A DNA stretch of 64,000 nucleotides from an uncultured delta proteobacterium (GCA_963771465.1 CAVYTU010000012.1:128001-192000), one strand, 5' to 3'. Counted from the first letter of the stretch, positions 29,228-39,894 are shown. A program made the numbers and translations. The notes: generated by a model from the sequence alone, not told the origin.

Positions 29228-30211
29228 CTGGAGATCGCCTCGCCCCAAGATTTCGTTGCGCGCCAGAACCGCAATAGTTGGATCAGCGCGCTGATCATCT
29301 TTTGCTTCATCCTGTTTTTTATCGTCGTCGGGCTGGCGGTCGATTACGCCTATCTGGATTCATTTTCGCCGACCTCGGCGCCGATTCCGCTGGCGACCTT
29401 GTCGGCGCTGGGATTTTCCACGGTCATGACGCTCACGGGATTTTATTACGGTGCCGATTGGGTGCTCGCGTCGGTGGGCGCCGAACCGTTGGACGGCAAA
29501 ATTCCCGAGCACCGCGAGCTGCGCAACGTGGTGACCGAGATGGCGCTGGCGTCGGGCTGCCCGATGCCGAAGGTGTTCGTCACTTACGATCCTGCGCCCA
29601 ATGCGTTCGCTACCGGGCAAGATGAACAATCCGCGGCGATCTGTGTGACCACCGGGCTGCTCGCCTTGCTCGATCGCGACGAAACTCAAGGCGTGGTGGC
29701 GCACGAGATGGCGCATATTCGCAATCATGACACGATGGTGATGGTGTTGGTGAGCGTGCTCTTGGGCGGTATCGCGCTGCTCGCCGATTGGGCGCAACGC
29801 TCGGCATTCAGCTCGCGCCACACGCGTCGCGCCGGCCGCGGCAGCGCGCTGATCGCGATTCCGGCGCTCTTACTGGTGGCGCTCTCGCCGTTGATTTCGC
29901 GGCTGATGGCTATGGCGGTGTCGCGTCAGCGCGAGTATTTGGCCGACGCTACCGCCGTGGAGTTTAGCCGCAATCCGCTCGGCTTGGCGCAGGCGTTGGA
30001 GAAAATTCGCAATGCCGGTATGCCGTTTCATAAAGCGACCCGCGGCACGGCGCATCTCTTTATCGCCAACCCGCTGCGCCGCCGTGTCGACGAGCGCGAC
30101 GGCAAACTCGCCGATCTGTTGGCGACTCATCCGCCGATCGAAAAAAGAATTCAGCTGCTCTATCAAATGGCCGGCGTTCCGTATCGCGCCGTGCAACGTT
30201 TGCCGGCATAG
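29228..30211 (+). CDS. HtpX-like M48 zinc metalloprotease (probable CTG start)
   Basis: PNAFATG, AHEMAH, SRQREYLADA, THPP; frame open upstream to CTG 29228 after GAGG. Confidence 0.85.
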   Translation: MEIASPQDFVARQNRNSWISALIIFCFILFFIVVGLAVDYAYLDSFSPTSAPIPLATLSALGFSTVMTLTGFYYGADWVLASVGAEPLDGKIPEHRELRNVVTEMALASGCPMPKVFVTYDPAPNAFATGQDEQSAAICVTTGLLALLDRDETQGVVAHEMAHIRNHDTMVMVLVSVLLGGIALLADWAQRSAFSSRHTRRAGRGSALIAIPALLLVALSPLISRLMAMAVSRQREYLADATAVEFSRNPLGLAQALEKIRNAGMPFHKATRGTAHLFIANPLRRRVDERDGKLADLLATHPPIEKRIQLLYQMAGVPYRAVQRLPA

Positions 30212-30222
30212 GAATATCGCAC

Positions 30223-30792
30223 TTGATCCCTTGCCCGCACTGTAACCGTGAGATGAATCAAGTCACGGTGCAGGCCAATCCCGGCCAGTTGATCATTCTC
30301 GATCAGTGCGGCCAATGCGGCGGCATCTGGTGCGACAAGTGGGAGCTCTTCCCCGTGGACGCCGATACGGCGGAGAGCATCGATCCGTTAAACAAAGCGC
30401 TGCTCACAGACCCGACGAAGCTCACGCAGAAACCGATCTATTGCCCGCGCTGCACGGCGGAACTTCATTTCTTCGCCGAACCGATTCTGCCCAAGGAAAT
30501 TCAACTGCTACGCTGCCACCGCTGCGACGGAATATGGCTCAACCGGGGCCAGTTTCGCCGTTACAAAGAATATCAGAAACAAACGCGCAGCAAAAAATTG
30601 GGCCCCCAGGCGCTGATCAGAAAAATACCGAGTGTTTACCAGAATCCGAAATCTTGGATTGTCACCGGCACCCAAGGCATCTTTGCCTATCCGCGCGGCG
30701 AGGCGCAGCCGGAGGACGTGGTTGAAAAAAGCCTCAGCGCCGTCGCCAAGGTGATACTGCAAAGTTTGTTGCGGCTAGTGATCGGTGTTTGA
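30223..30792 (+). CDS. Double zf-TFIIB-type zinc ribbon protein
   Basis: CPHC...CGQCGGIW and CPRC...CHRCDGIWL. Confidence 0.75.
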   Translation: MIPCPHCNREMNQVTVQANPGQLIILDQCGQCGGIWCDKWELFPVDADTAESIDPLNKALLTDPTKLTQKPIYCPRCTAELHFFAEPILPKEIQLLRCHRCDGIWLNRGQFRRYKEYQKQTRSKKLGPQALIRKIPSVYQNPKSWIVTGTQGIFAYPRGEAQPEDVVEKSLSAVAKVILQSLLRLVIGV

Positions 30793-30842
30793 CTGGGCAT
30801 CAAAAGAATGTGTTTTGAACTTCTGGCTGTGAAGCGGATCGA

Positions 30843-30930
30843 ATCCCCCTTTGAAAAGGGGGATGAAAGGGGGATTTGGCTTCGCGTCGACAGAAAAATC
30901 CCTCCTAACCTCCCTTTTTCAAAGGGAGGA
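30843..30930. repeat. Pair of REP-like palindromic units between convergent genes
   Basis: ATCCCCCTTTGAAAAGGGGGAT...AGGGGGATTT / AAATCCCTCCT...CCTCCCTTTTTCAAAGGGAGG. Confidence 0.75.
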
Positions 30931-30987
30931 AAGATTCGGACGGCTGAAACCATTCAACAAGCGGTAATAGGCGAACCTAGTCGCCGA

Positions 30988-31368
30988 TTAGACCGTAGCG
31001 ATAAAATCGATCTCCACCAGCGCGCCGCGCGGCAGATCGGCGACGGCAACCGTCGAGCGCGCCGGTTTCGCGTGTCCCAAGTACTCGGCGTAGACCGCGT
31101 TCATCGCCGCGAAGTCGGCGATGTTTTTCAAAAACACCGTGGCTTTGACGACGCGGTCAAGCGACGAACCGCCGGCTTCTAAGATCGCGCGTAGGTTTTC
31201 CATTACTTGGCGAGTTTGTTCAGTGATGCCGCCGGTGATGAGGTTGCCCGTTTTGGGATCGAGAGGAATTTGTCCAGAGGCGTAGACGAAATCACCGACC
31301 TTAATCCCTTGTTCGTAAGGACCGATGGCTTTCGGTGCGTTGTCGGTGCTGACCGTTACTTTGTTCAT
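30988..31368 (-). CDS. RidA / YjgF family enamine deaminase
   Basis: APKAIGPYEQG, SGQIPLDP, PARSTV, VEID. Confidence 0.92.
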   Translation of the reverse strand: MNKVTVSTDNAPKAIGPYEQGIKVGDFVYASGQIPLDPKTGNLITGGITEQTRQVMENLRAILEAGGSSLDRVVKATVFLKNIADFAAMNAVYAEYLGHAKPARSTVAVADLPRGALVEIDFIATV

Positions 31369-31488
31369 GGCTAGATTCTCCCAACAAGATTTTGCCAATC
31401 CTACAACAAGAAGTAATCGACTCGCAACGTTAGGCTATTCGATCGACTTGCGCTTGCCGGGTGTGCTGTGATTGATTGCTCTCAAGCG

Positions 31489-31713
31489 ATGAAACTTCTC
31501 ACGGCGCACAAAATACTGATCACCAGCGCGCTCGTCTTCTTTGTCTTTTTCGCATGGTGGGAGTTCCGCAATTATTCAAACAATGGCGATGGTTGGGCGG
31601 CTTGGCGCAGCGCATTGTATCTTGTCGTCGCGCTCGGATTCGGCGCCTATCTGAAGAATCTCAAACGCTGGTACAAGTCATTAAGGCCGAAGGAGACAGA
31701 GAAAAGAGATTGA
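31489..31713 (+). CDS. Small two-TM membrane protein
   Basis: MKLLTAHKILITSALVFF...; two hydrophobic segments; 3 nt before the HNH gene. Confidence 0.6.
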   Translation: MKLLTAHKILITSALVFFVFFAWWEFRNYSNNGDGWAAWRSALYLVVALGFGAYLKNLKRWYKSLRPKETEKRD

Positions 31714-31716
31714 GCG

Positions 31717-32010
31717 ATGGAACCGTTGCCGTTTTTGGTCGAAGTTCCCGATGAACAGATTCGCCGCGAACGCCACAAGGCGCGCGAACTGCGCGCTAGC
31801 CAGTGGTGGAAGCGCAAGCGCGCGGCGGGGAATTGCCATCATTGCGGCGGCAAGTTTGCGCCGACGGAATTGACGATGGATCATCTGGTGCCGGTCATCC
31901 GCGGTGGCAAGTCGACTAAAGGGAATCTTGTGCCGAGCTGCAAGGCGTGCAATTCAGCACGCAAACATAAATTGCCCTTCGAAGTTAATCCTCGCGTAGG
32001 CGGGGACTAA
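31717..32010 (+). CDS. Small HNH endonuclease family protein
   Basis: CHHC, TMDHLVP, GGKS, NLVPSCKACN. Confidence 0.88.
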   Translation: MEPLPFLVEVPDEQIRRERHKARELRASQWWKRKRAAGNCHHCGGKFAPTELTMDHLVPVIRGGKSTKGNLVPSCKACNSARKHKLPFEVNPRVGGD

Positions 32011-32012
32011 GC

Positions 32013-32090
32013 ATTCCAGATTCCAAATTACATATTCCAGATCACCGAGCGTTTCGACCATCTTGGAATTTGTAATCTGAAATTTGGAAT
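32013..32090. repeat. Inverted heptamer-array hairpin: 4 x ATTCCAR, spacer, 4 x YTGGAAT
   Basis: ATTCCAG ATTCCAA ATTACAT ATTCCAG ... TTGGAAT TTGTAAT CTGAAAT TTGGAAT. Confidence 0.8.
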
Positions 32091-32151
32091 AAGATGACCC
32101 TTGCCACTGAACTTTGGGTTCAATAGTATGCCGATGATGGAGGACCGCGCC

Positions 32152-32886
32152 ATGGCAGCAGAAACGTTCCTCGTCCGAACCATGTCCGACACGGTGGAGA
32201 CCGACATTCAGCGGGTTCACGTGATTGCCAATGAAATCTTGCCGCGCTACGACTTGGCGCCGCTGAGCTTCGAACAACTGCGCAAGATCGCCGACGGGCC
32301 TTTCGATTTATTCCTGATTCCGCTTATCTTCGCCGCCGAGCATGCCAAGGATCACAATCTCGCTTTCAATGAAGCCAAGCGAGTCGAGATTCGTCGTATC
32401 GGCTTGGAGATTGCGCGCAAGCATGGCTATGATGTGAACCCGCCGGATTTCATTTCCGGGATCGAGCAGTCTTTGCAGGAGACTAAGGCCGCCGGCATGC
32501 GCAACGTCCTGATGACTACCGGCGGGCGGCGCTACAAGCATCAGGCGATGCAAAAAGTTGGTATTGGCGATTATTTCGAGGAGATCGTCGACCGAGAGGA
32601 AACTTACTACGCCAAGGAACAAGGACTGTATCATATTTACCGCAAGCACGCCGCCAAACACATGCGCATCGTTCTGTTGAGCGGCACGGCGAGTTATATC
32701 AAAGCCGGCAATAACGCCCACGGCTGCAAAGTCGGCGAGACTTTTCTCGAAGTATTGCCGATCGCGTTATCGACGGAGCATTCCTACAACGATGAAGCCA
32801 CGCTGCGAGCGGCGCAGCCGACAGCCTTGATTCATACCTACGATGAGCTGCTGCCGGCGTTGAAAAATCTCGCGCCGCTCGGCTAG
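32152..32886 (+). CDS. HAD-like fold protein with a degenerate motif I
   Basis: GIEQSLQETK, GIGDYFEEIV and C-terminal AAQPTALIHTYDEL resemble HAD IA; no DxD. Confidence 0.5.
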   Translation: MAAETFLVRTMSDTVETDIQRVHVIANEILPRYDLAPLSFEQLRKIADGPFDLFLIPLIFAAEHAKDHNLAFNEAKRVEIRRIGLEIARKHGYDVNPPDFISGIEQSLQETKAAGMRNVLMTTGGRRYKHQAMQKVGIGDYFEEIVDREETYYAKEQGLYHIYRKHAAKHMRIVLLSGTASYIKAGNNAHGCKVGETFLEVLPIALSTEHSYNDEATLRAAQPTALIHTYDELLPALKNLAPLG

Positions 32887-32941
32887 AGCCATTTGAATCA
32901 ATTTTTTGCAGGTTGGGCTGCCGTCCGTCATGCGGCCGTGG

Positions 32942-33610
32942 TCACAGGATGTTGACGGCGCGCGCCGCTAACAGGGCAATAATTAGCAGCGAAAGTAGAG
33001 ACTGCATCATCATCAATACTTTTGCCCACCGCGCCAACACGGGCACGTCGGTGGGTGAAAATGCCGTGCTGGTGTTAAAAGCCAAAAACAAGTAATCAAT
33101 GAAATTGGGCGACCACAGCCGTTGGCCGGTTTGTCTCAACGCATCCTTGCTCATGGTCATCTGGGGAAAGAGGAATGCCCCTTCGGTATGACCCGGCCGT
33201 TCGTCTCGTTTGTGCGGGCCGCCGGCGTCGAGACGCCAGTACCACAAAGCGAAAACTAGAATATTGGTAAGCCACAACGATGCCGCCGAAAACAAAAGAT
33301 CCAGGGGCGTTTCTTTGTGCGCCGGCAGAGCGGCGATCAGGAAAGCGACGGAAATGATCAGTCCGGCGGTGAGCACCGCATCGACGACGAACCCTAGCAG
33401 AGTACTGAGCCGATGTCTGCCGGTATGATGGGATACTACGGTGGGAATCAGCAGCACTAAGACGACCAATGGAAAGAGCCAACGCGGGCCCATGGTCAAG
33501 ACATTGGGCAGTGCCGCGTAGAGACCGCCGACCGCCAGTACGGCGACGAACGCGGGCCAGCGTGGTTCAGCGTCTTGAGGCTCGGCTGTCGTTTCGGCTC
33601 GTGTCAACAT
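32942..33610 (-). CDS. Membrane protein, DUF1345-like
   Basis: EPRWP, WYWRLDAGGP, FLFPQ, DYLFLAFNTSTAFSPTD. Confidence 0.75.
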   Translation of the reverse strand: MLTRAETTAEPQDAEPRWPAFVAVLAVGGLYAALPNVLTMGPRWLFPLVVLVLLIPTVVSHHTGRHRLSTLLGFVVDAVLTAGLIISVAFLIAALPAHKETPLDLLFSAASLWLTNILVFALWYWRLDAGGPHKRDERPGHTEGAFLFPQMTMSKDALRQTGQRLWSPNFIDYLFLAFNTSTAFSPTDVPVLARWAKVLMMMQSLLSLLIIALLAARAVNIL

Positions 33611-33689
33611 ATCCAAAAGTCCCTCACTCGGTATGCGATGATGTGCGCGATCGGAGCCTCTTGGGGTCACGTGACGCACCGGTGAATAA

Positions 33690-34167
33690 TTAAAAGTTTC
33701 GCTGTTTGGGGTGCCACCACCCGTGACCTAAGATCGCGACGATTATGACAGTTCACTAAAATGACGACGATTTTGACCGCAGTGACACGCTCGATCAATT
33801 CATAAATCTCCACCGGGATATATAACGCGCCGGTCACTAGGGCAAAAACCTCAGCCCAGCGGTGTCGATACCATAACCCGTAAGCTTCGATAAGTCGTGC
33901 AGCTGCGTAAATGAACGCGGCAATGGCCAGCAACCACAAGCGCGCATCGGTCGCCTTTGCCGCGGCTTCAATAAAAATGTGCGGATAATGGCTGGCGGGA
34001 TTTAGATGGCTGTGGCGAACCAGCGCTGCGGCGAATTTTTCAATGTCGTGATGAACTAAGGATAACAAGCCAAATCCGACCAGTAAAACCAAAAGACCTT
34101 TGACGGCTTCGATGATCGCAATGCCGCGCACACCGACCGCGCCGCTTAACCAGCCCCACTTCGACAT
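33690..34167 (-). CDS. DUF2127 membrane protein (apparent +1 frameshift near 33750)
   Basis: IEAVKG, EAYGLW, YIPVEIYE; removing one base restores NVIIVAIL... Confidence 0.75.
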
Positions 34168-34174
34168 CAGATCG

Positions 34175-35141
34175 CTAGAGCCACTTCGCCTTGCGAAAGC
34201 GAAAAAACAGATAGCCATCGATGGCGACCATTGCCACGCAGAGTGAGAGGATAACCCAGCGGCGAGTTCAGTTCCGGCATATGGTCGAAGTTCATGCCAT
34301 AGATGCCCGCGATCAAAGTCGGCACCGCGACCAGGGCGGCGTAGCCGGCGAGCCGCTTGGTAACTTCATTTTCTTGAATCGTGATGAGTGAGATCGCCAC
34401 CGAAATGGCGGTGGTGATCATGTCGCGCAAACTATCGACGGATTGATTCAGACGCAACAAATGATCGTAGATATCGCGGAAATAATCTTGCAGTCCGGCG
34501 CATAGCTGGGGCACCCGGCCGCCGAAGAGTTTGCTGCTCGCCTCCAACAACGGCTCGGTGGCGTGTTTGAGGATCATCAGCTTTCGTTTCAAATCGTAAA
34601 GCGCTTCGATATTGGCGCGCGCGGTCTGGTTGGCAAACATGCGCTCTTCGATGTTTTCAATTTCGGTTTCGAGCTCGTCGAGAATGGGAAAATAGCGGTC
34701 GACGACGGCGTCCATGAGCGCGTAAAGCACGTATCCGGAACCGTGGCTTAAGAGTTCGGGCTCACGTTCGCAACGGACGCGCACGTCGGTGAAGCCGCGC
34801 TTAGCGCCGGAGCGCACGGAAAGCACATAGTTGGCGCCGACAAAGATGCCGACCTCGCCGACGGTCAGTTCGTCGCCGGCGCGTTCGATCATCTGCAGCA
34901 CGACGAACAACGAGCCGTCGTATTCTTCGATCTTGGGACGCTGGTGGCCGTGTTGAGCGTCCTCGACTGCAAGATCATGGAGATCGAATTCGTTTTGCAT
35001 CGTCTGAAGCTCGTCCGGCGTCGGATCATTGAGCGCAACCCAGACGAAGCAATCTTTGTGGGAGATGTAAGAATGAATTTCGCTCACCGGTATGTTGGTG
35101 AGCCTGCGGCCGTTCTGGTAAGCGACACAGTTGACGATCAT
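34175..35141 (-). CDS. corA: Magnesium/cobalt transporter CorA (apparent +1 frameshift near 34238)
   Basis: QRPKIEEY, YFRDIYDH, GIYGMNF, MPEL; the alternative frame ends FRFRKAKWL*. Confidence 0.88.
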
Positions 35142-35287
35142 CGAAAAGCCTCGCGCTGTAGAAATCGAGCTGTTCGGTACTTTGGCTCGATTGATGCGTG
35201 GGAGTCAAGCCGCATGCTTGTGAGTTGAAATTTCATGCACTACTCTTGGGCTTATCGAAGCGAGCGAGAATCCCAATCGGAGGTGTC

Positions 35288-35844
35288 GTGGAGCCGTTAC
35301 GAAATTTTCTGTCGGGCCGAGTCTCAGTGACGATCGGCGATATCACCAAGGAAGGCGTCGACGCCATCGTCAACGCCGCGAACGGCACGCTGATGGGCGG
35401 TGGCGGTGTAGACGGCGCGATTCATCGCGCTGGCGGACCGGAAATATTGGCGGCATGCAAAGACATTCGCCGCACACGGTATCCCGACGGATTACCGACG
35501 GGCCAAGCGGTGATCACCACAGGAGGTAAATTGCCAGCGAAGCATGTCATTCACACCGTCGGACCGGTATACGGTCGCGGCGGCGCGGACAAAGCGGAGC
35601 TTTTGGGCAAGCTGTTATCTGAATTCGTTGAGCCTGGCTGTCGAGCATGGGCTCAAGTCAATCGCTTTCCCGGCGATCTCCACCGGCGTGTACGGTTACC
35701 CGCTGGCCGAAGCGGCCAAGGTGTCGTCGCAAGCGATTGAGAAATTTTTGCGCGCCGATAAGTCGATCGAGGAAGTAAGATTGGTTTTCTTCGCGCGCGG
35801 GCGATGCCGAGGTGTTCTTGAAACATCACGCCTTTACGGAATAA
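35288..35844 (+). CDS. O-acetyl-ADP-ribose deacetylase (macro domain), two apparent frameshifts
   Basis: GDIT, DAIVNAAN, GGGGVDGAIH, HTVGP; SIAFPAISTGVYGYP lies in the next frame. Confidence 0.85.
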
Positions 35845-35895
35845 GGATGCAGGCAACAGCGATTAGGCAATAGGCAACGTTACGGAAGAAGATCC

Positions 35896-36880
35896 ATGAA
35901 TAAAAATCTCACTCGCCTCGCTGTGTGCGCCATACTCTTGGTTCTTCACTTTCCATCCGAGGCGCAGCAGCCGGCGAGAATTCCCGGATAGGAATTCTGA
36001 TCCCGGTCTCCGCGTCCTTCTTTTCGGCCCGGGTCGAAGCATTTCGCCAACGGCTGCGCGAGCTTGGCTATGTCGAAGGAAAAAACATTGTCATTGAGTA
36101 CCGATATGCAGAAGGGAAACTCGAACGGCTGCCTGACCTTGCAGCCGAACTGGTCCGGCTCAAAGTTGACGTCATCGTCACCGCCGGCCCCGGGCTACTT
36201 TAGCTGCCAAGAAGGCGAGCGCGACAATTCCCATCGTATTCGCCGGTGCTAGCGATCCAGTAGGAACTGGGCTTGTCTCCAGCCTGGCGCGACCAGGCGG
36301 GAATATCACCGGACTTAGCCTCATGGCGCCAGATCTAGATGGCAAACGGTTGGAACTGCTCAAGGAAGCCTTCCCTAAGGTTGCCCGGGTGGCCTTCCTC
36401 TGGCAATCGAGTGGTTCGAGGGGAAACCTGCGCTCTCACAGACATGGAGGCTGCGGCCAAGGCGTTGGGACTCAAACTTCTATCGCTTGAGGTGCGAAGC
36501 CTTGACGATTTTGAGGGCGCATTCGCACGAGCGAAAAAGGAAGGCGCCCAGGCGCTCATTACGACCCCAAGTGGACTTATCAATACTCAGCAACGCCAAG
36601 TGTTGGACTTCGCGGCAAAGAACCGGTTGCCGGCGATGTACCACTACAGTGAGTTTGTTGAGGCCGGCGGCTTGATGAGCTACGCGGCCAAACAATACGG
36701 ACTTATGGCGGCGCGCCGCTGACTTTGTCGACAAGATCTTGAAAGGCGCCAAGCCCGCCGACATTCCCGTCGAGCAGCCGATGAAGTTTGAGTTTATCGT
36801 CAATCTCAAGGCCGCAAAGCAGATCGGCGTGACGATTCCCGCCGAATGTGCTGGTACGGGCGGATAGAGTGATTCGATAA
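35896..36880 (+). pseudogene. ABC transporter substrate-binding protein (ABC_sub_bind type), frameshifted, tandem copy 1
   Basis: LRELGYVEGKNIVIEYRYAEG, SLARPGGNITG, AGGLMSY, PVEQP split across frames. Confidence 0.75.
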
Positions 36881-36913
36881 ATAATCGCAACGCGCAAGGG
36901 CGAAGAGCAAAGG

Positions 36914-37915
36914 ATGAGAACCGGGAGCAACCATGTGAGAAAGAACATCGTGCGTCTTACGCTTGGCGTTTTGCTCTTAGCGCTTAGCTTCCCGCAGCGG
37001 CGCAGCAGCCGGCGAGAATTCCCCGGATAGGAATACTGATCGGGGCTTCCGCGTCCGTCTTTTCGGCCTGGGTCGAAACATTTCGCCAACGGCTGCGCGA
37101 GCTTGGCTATGTCGAAGGAAAAAACATTGTCATTGAGTACCGATATGCAGAAGGGAAACTCGAACGGCTGCCTGACCTTGCAGCCGAACTGGTCCGTCTC
37201 AAAGTTGACGTTATCGTCACCGCCTGGCCCGGCTATTTTAGCTGCTAAGAAGGCGAGCCGCGACAATTCCCATCGTATTCGCCGGTGCTACCGATCCAGT
37301 AGGAAGTGGGCTCGTTTCCAGCCTGGCGCGACCAGGCGGGAATATCACCGGACTTGCCAACATGGCGCCAGATCTAGATGGCAAACGGTTGGAACTGCTC
37401 AAGGAAGCCTTCCCTAAGGTTGCCCGGGTTGCCTTCCTCTGGCAATCGAGTGGTTCGAGGGGAAACCTGGCTCTCACAGACATGGAAGCTGCGGCCAAGG
37501 CGTTGGGACTCAAACTTCTATCGCTTGAGGTGCGAAGCCTTGACGATTTTGAGGCGCATTTGCCCGAGCGAAAAGGGACGGCGCCCAGGCGCTCATTACG
37601 ACCAAGATGGACTTATAATTACTCAGCAACGCCAAGTGTTGGACTTCGCGGCAAAGAACCGGTTGCCGGCGATGTACCCAGACAGTGAGTTTGTTGAGGC
37701 CGGCGGCTTGATGAGCTACGCGCCGAACTATACGGACTTATGCCGGCGCGCCGCTGACTTTGTCGACAAGATCTTGAAAGGCACCAAGCCCGCCGACATT
37801 CCCGTCGAGCAGCCGACGAAGTTTGAGTTCATCGTCAATCTCAAGGCAGCTAAGCAGATCGGCTTGACGGTTCCCGCCGAATGTGCTGGCGCGGGCGGAT
37901 AGAGTCATACGGTAA
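36914..37915 (+). pseudogene. ABC transporter substrate-binding protein (ABC_sub_bind type), frameshifted, tandem copy 2
   Basis: Near-identical DNA to 35965-36870; same motifs split across frames. Confidence 0.75.
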
Positions 37916-38003
37916 GGCAAAGGTAAAAATTAAAAAGACAGAACGAAGATTTGGACTGAGGGAGAGCCAGATCTCGGAGTACATCATAGATGGAAAATTC
38001 GAG

Positions 38004-39428
38004 ATGTTGGATTCAAATAATACCAGTCGGATTGGGATCGAAGGCGTTTCATATTCATTGACGCATGTGCCGGACTTGGTGCGGTTTGGCTCGAAACCTT
38101 TGCGCGAGTTGCGAGCGCAGCCGGCGCTGTCGGCGCAGTTGGCGCAACGGCTGCGCGACTTTCCTGCGGCGACGGCGTACGCGCCGCATCAGGTTTATAT
38201 CGGCAACATTGCGCCGGAGAAGCTACGCGATTTGCCGCAGCCTTGGTACGAAAAATTAATTGAAGGTGCGACGGCGCAGGGGCGCTTCGGCGATCTCGTC
38301 GATCAGAACAAGTTTTATGCTTTGCTCGCCGGCGCGGATCAGTTCAATCTCGTTAGCTTCGAAGAAGAATGGTTTCAAGCGCATGCGGCAGCACATTCGA
38401 TCGGCCGCGCGCCGCGATTAAAGCCGCTGAGCGAAATCCAAAATCTCTGCGATAAAGGCGCGCTGCCGCTCTATTCCGGCGCTCAGTTGGTCGGCGCTTT
38501 TGAATCGGCGCACGAGGAAGACGCTAGTCTTGCTGCCGAAGTCTTGCTGGAAAATCTCGCTGGGAAAGTTTCGGCGGCGCATTCGCTGCGCCTGTTACTC
38601 AATTCGCTTAACCTCAAACCGGAAGAGGTCGACTTCGTCATCAGCTGCTCGGAAGAAGCGGTGGGCGATCGTTATAATCGCGGCGGCGGCAATCTGGCGA
38701 AGGCGATTGCCGAAGACGTCGGTTGCGGCAATGCGTCGGGGTGTGACGTCAAAGCATTTTGCGCCGGGCCGATGTACGCCATAGTGCAAGGCGCGAGCTT
38801 GATTCAATCCGGCGTCGCGAAAAAAGTCGCCGTGGTCGCCGGCGGGTCGTTGGCCAAACTCGGCATGAAGTTCGAATCGCACTTGAAGAAAAACATGCCG
38901 GTGCTTGAAGATGTGCTCGGCAGCTTCGCGGTTATCCTCAGCGCGGCGAAACCGGGACAGGTTTCGATCCGGCTCGATTCCGCGGCGTTTCATCCGGTGC
39001 GCGCCGGCGGCTCGCCCCAGGCGATGGCTGAGGAACTTGCCGAGAAGCCGTTGGCAAAGCTCGGCATGAAATTAACCGATGTTGACCGTTATGGGGTCGA
39101 ACTGCACAATCCCGAGATCACCGTTCCGTCCGGTAGCGGCGACGTGCCGCGGACGAATTACTTGACCCTCGCCGCTTTGGCTGTGATGCGCGGGCAGATT
39201 CAGAAGAACCAGATGGAAGATTTCGTCCGGGCCCGCGGCATGTTAGGCTATGCGCCGACGCAGGGACATATTCCCTCGGCGATCGTTTATTTGGGTCACG
39301 CAAAGGCGGCGCTCGAGAGCGGCGCGATTCGCAATGCGTTGCTCATGGCGAAGGGTAGCTTGTTTCTTGGCCGGATGACGCAGTTGTCGGACGGTTGCTC
39401 GTTTCTGGTCGATCGGAACGAAGATTAG
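38004..39428 (+). CDS. grdC: Glycine/sarcosine/betaine reductase component C subunit (FabH-like)
   Basis: [65 protein letters not shown]. Confidence 0.88.
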   Translation: MLDSNNTSRIGIEGVSYSLTHVPDLVRFGSKPLRELRAQPALSAQLAQRLRDFPAATAYAPHQVYIGNIAPEKLRDLPQPWYEKLIEGATAQGRFGDLVDQNKFYALLAGADQFNLVSFEEEWFQAHAAAHSIGRAPRLKPLSEIQNLCDKGALPLYSGAQLVGAFESAHEEDASLAAEVLLENLAGKVSAAHSLRLLLNSLNLKPEEVDFVISCSEEAVGDRYNRGGGNLAKAIAEDVGCGNASGCDVKAFCAGPMYAIVQGASLIQSGVAKKVAVVAGGSLAKLGMKFESHLKKNMPVLEDVLGSFAVILSAAKPGQVSIRLDSAAFHPVRAGGSPQAMAEELAEKPLAKLGMKLTDVDRYGVELHNPEITVPSGSGDVPRTNYLTLAALAVMRGQIQKNQMEDFVRARGMLGYAPTQGHIPSAIVYLGHAKAALESGAIRNALLMAKGSLFLGRMTQLSDGCSFLVDRNED

Positions 39429-39438
39429 TGGAGGTCGA

Positions 39439-39894
39439 ATGCAAAAAGGTAAAAAAGTTATCGCCATCGGCGAACGGGACGGCGTGCCGGGTCCGGTGAT
39501 CGCCGAGTGTCTCCAAGGCGCGGGCTACGAAGTTATCTTCCAGGCCACCGAGTGCTTTGTTTGAACCGCCGCGGGCGCGATGAACTTCGAAAACCAAGGA
39601 GTCATCAAGCGCCTGGCGGACCAGTATGGTCCGGAAAATTTAACGGTGGTGTTGGGCAATGGCGAGGCCAATGGCGTCGAAGTGTTCGCTGAGACGGTTA
39701 CCCAGGGCGATCCCAGTTATGCGGGTCCGCTCGCCGGCGTGGCGCTCAAGATCCCCGTCTATCATGTGCTCGAAGACGAGGTGATGGGGCAAGTGCCGGA
39801 AAATTTACGCCAAGATAAATTGCAACTATCTTGTCTGGTCATTGACGTCGAGCCCATGCATCAGGTGCTGCAAGCGTCGAGAGAGAGGCTCTAA
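39439..39894 (+). CDS. grdA: Glycine/sarcosine/betaine reductase selenoprotein A (Sec at TGA 39562-39564)
   Basis: GGAGG RBS; [19 protein letters not shown]...ECFV-TGA-TAAGAM...[18 protein letters not shown] in one frame. Confidence 0.9.
39566..39619 (+). promoter_or_regulatory. Putative bacterial SECIS hairpin
   Basis: CCGCC/GGCGG, GGGCGC/GCGCCT, GATG/CATC, ACTTC/GGAGT stems; apical loop begins with G 25 nt after the UGA. Confidence 0.6.

Noticed and set aside
31717-32010. HNH gene as a defence or mobile nuclease system
   Set aside because: Small stand-alone HNH in housekeeping context with no partner genes or element ends
32013-32090. Short repeat arrays as CRISPR
   Set aside because: Units are 7 nt with no unique spacers, and there are no cas genes
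39580-39894. 104-aa ORF as a complete gene or as a grdA pseudogene
   Set aside because: The upstream TGA sits exactly at the conserved Sec position and is followed by a SECIS-like hairpin
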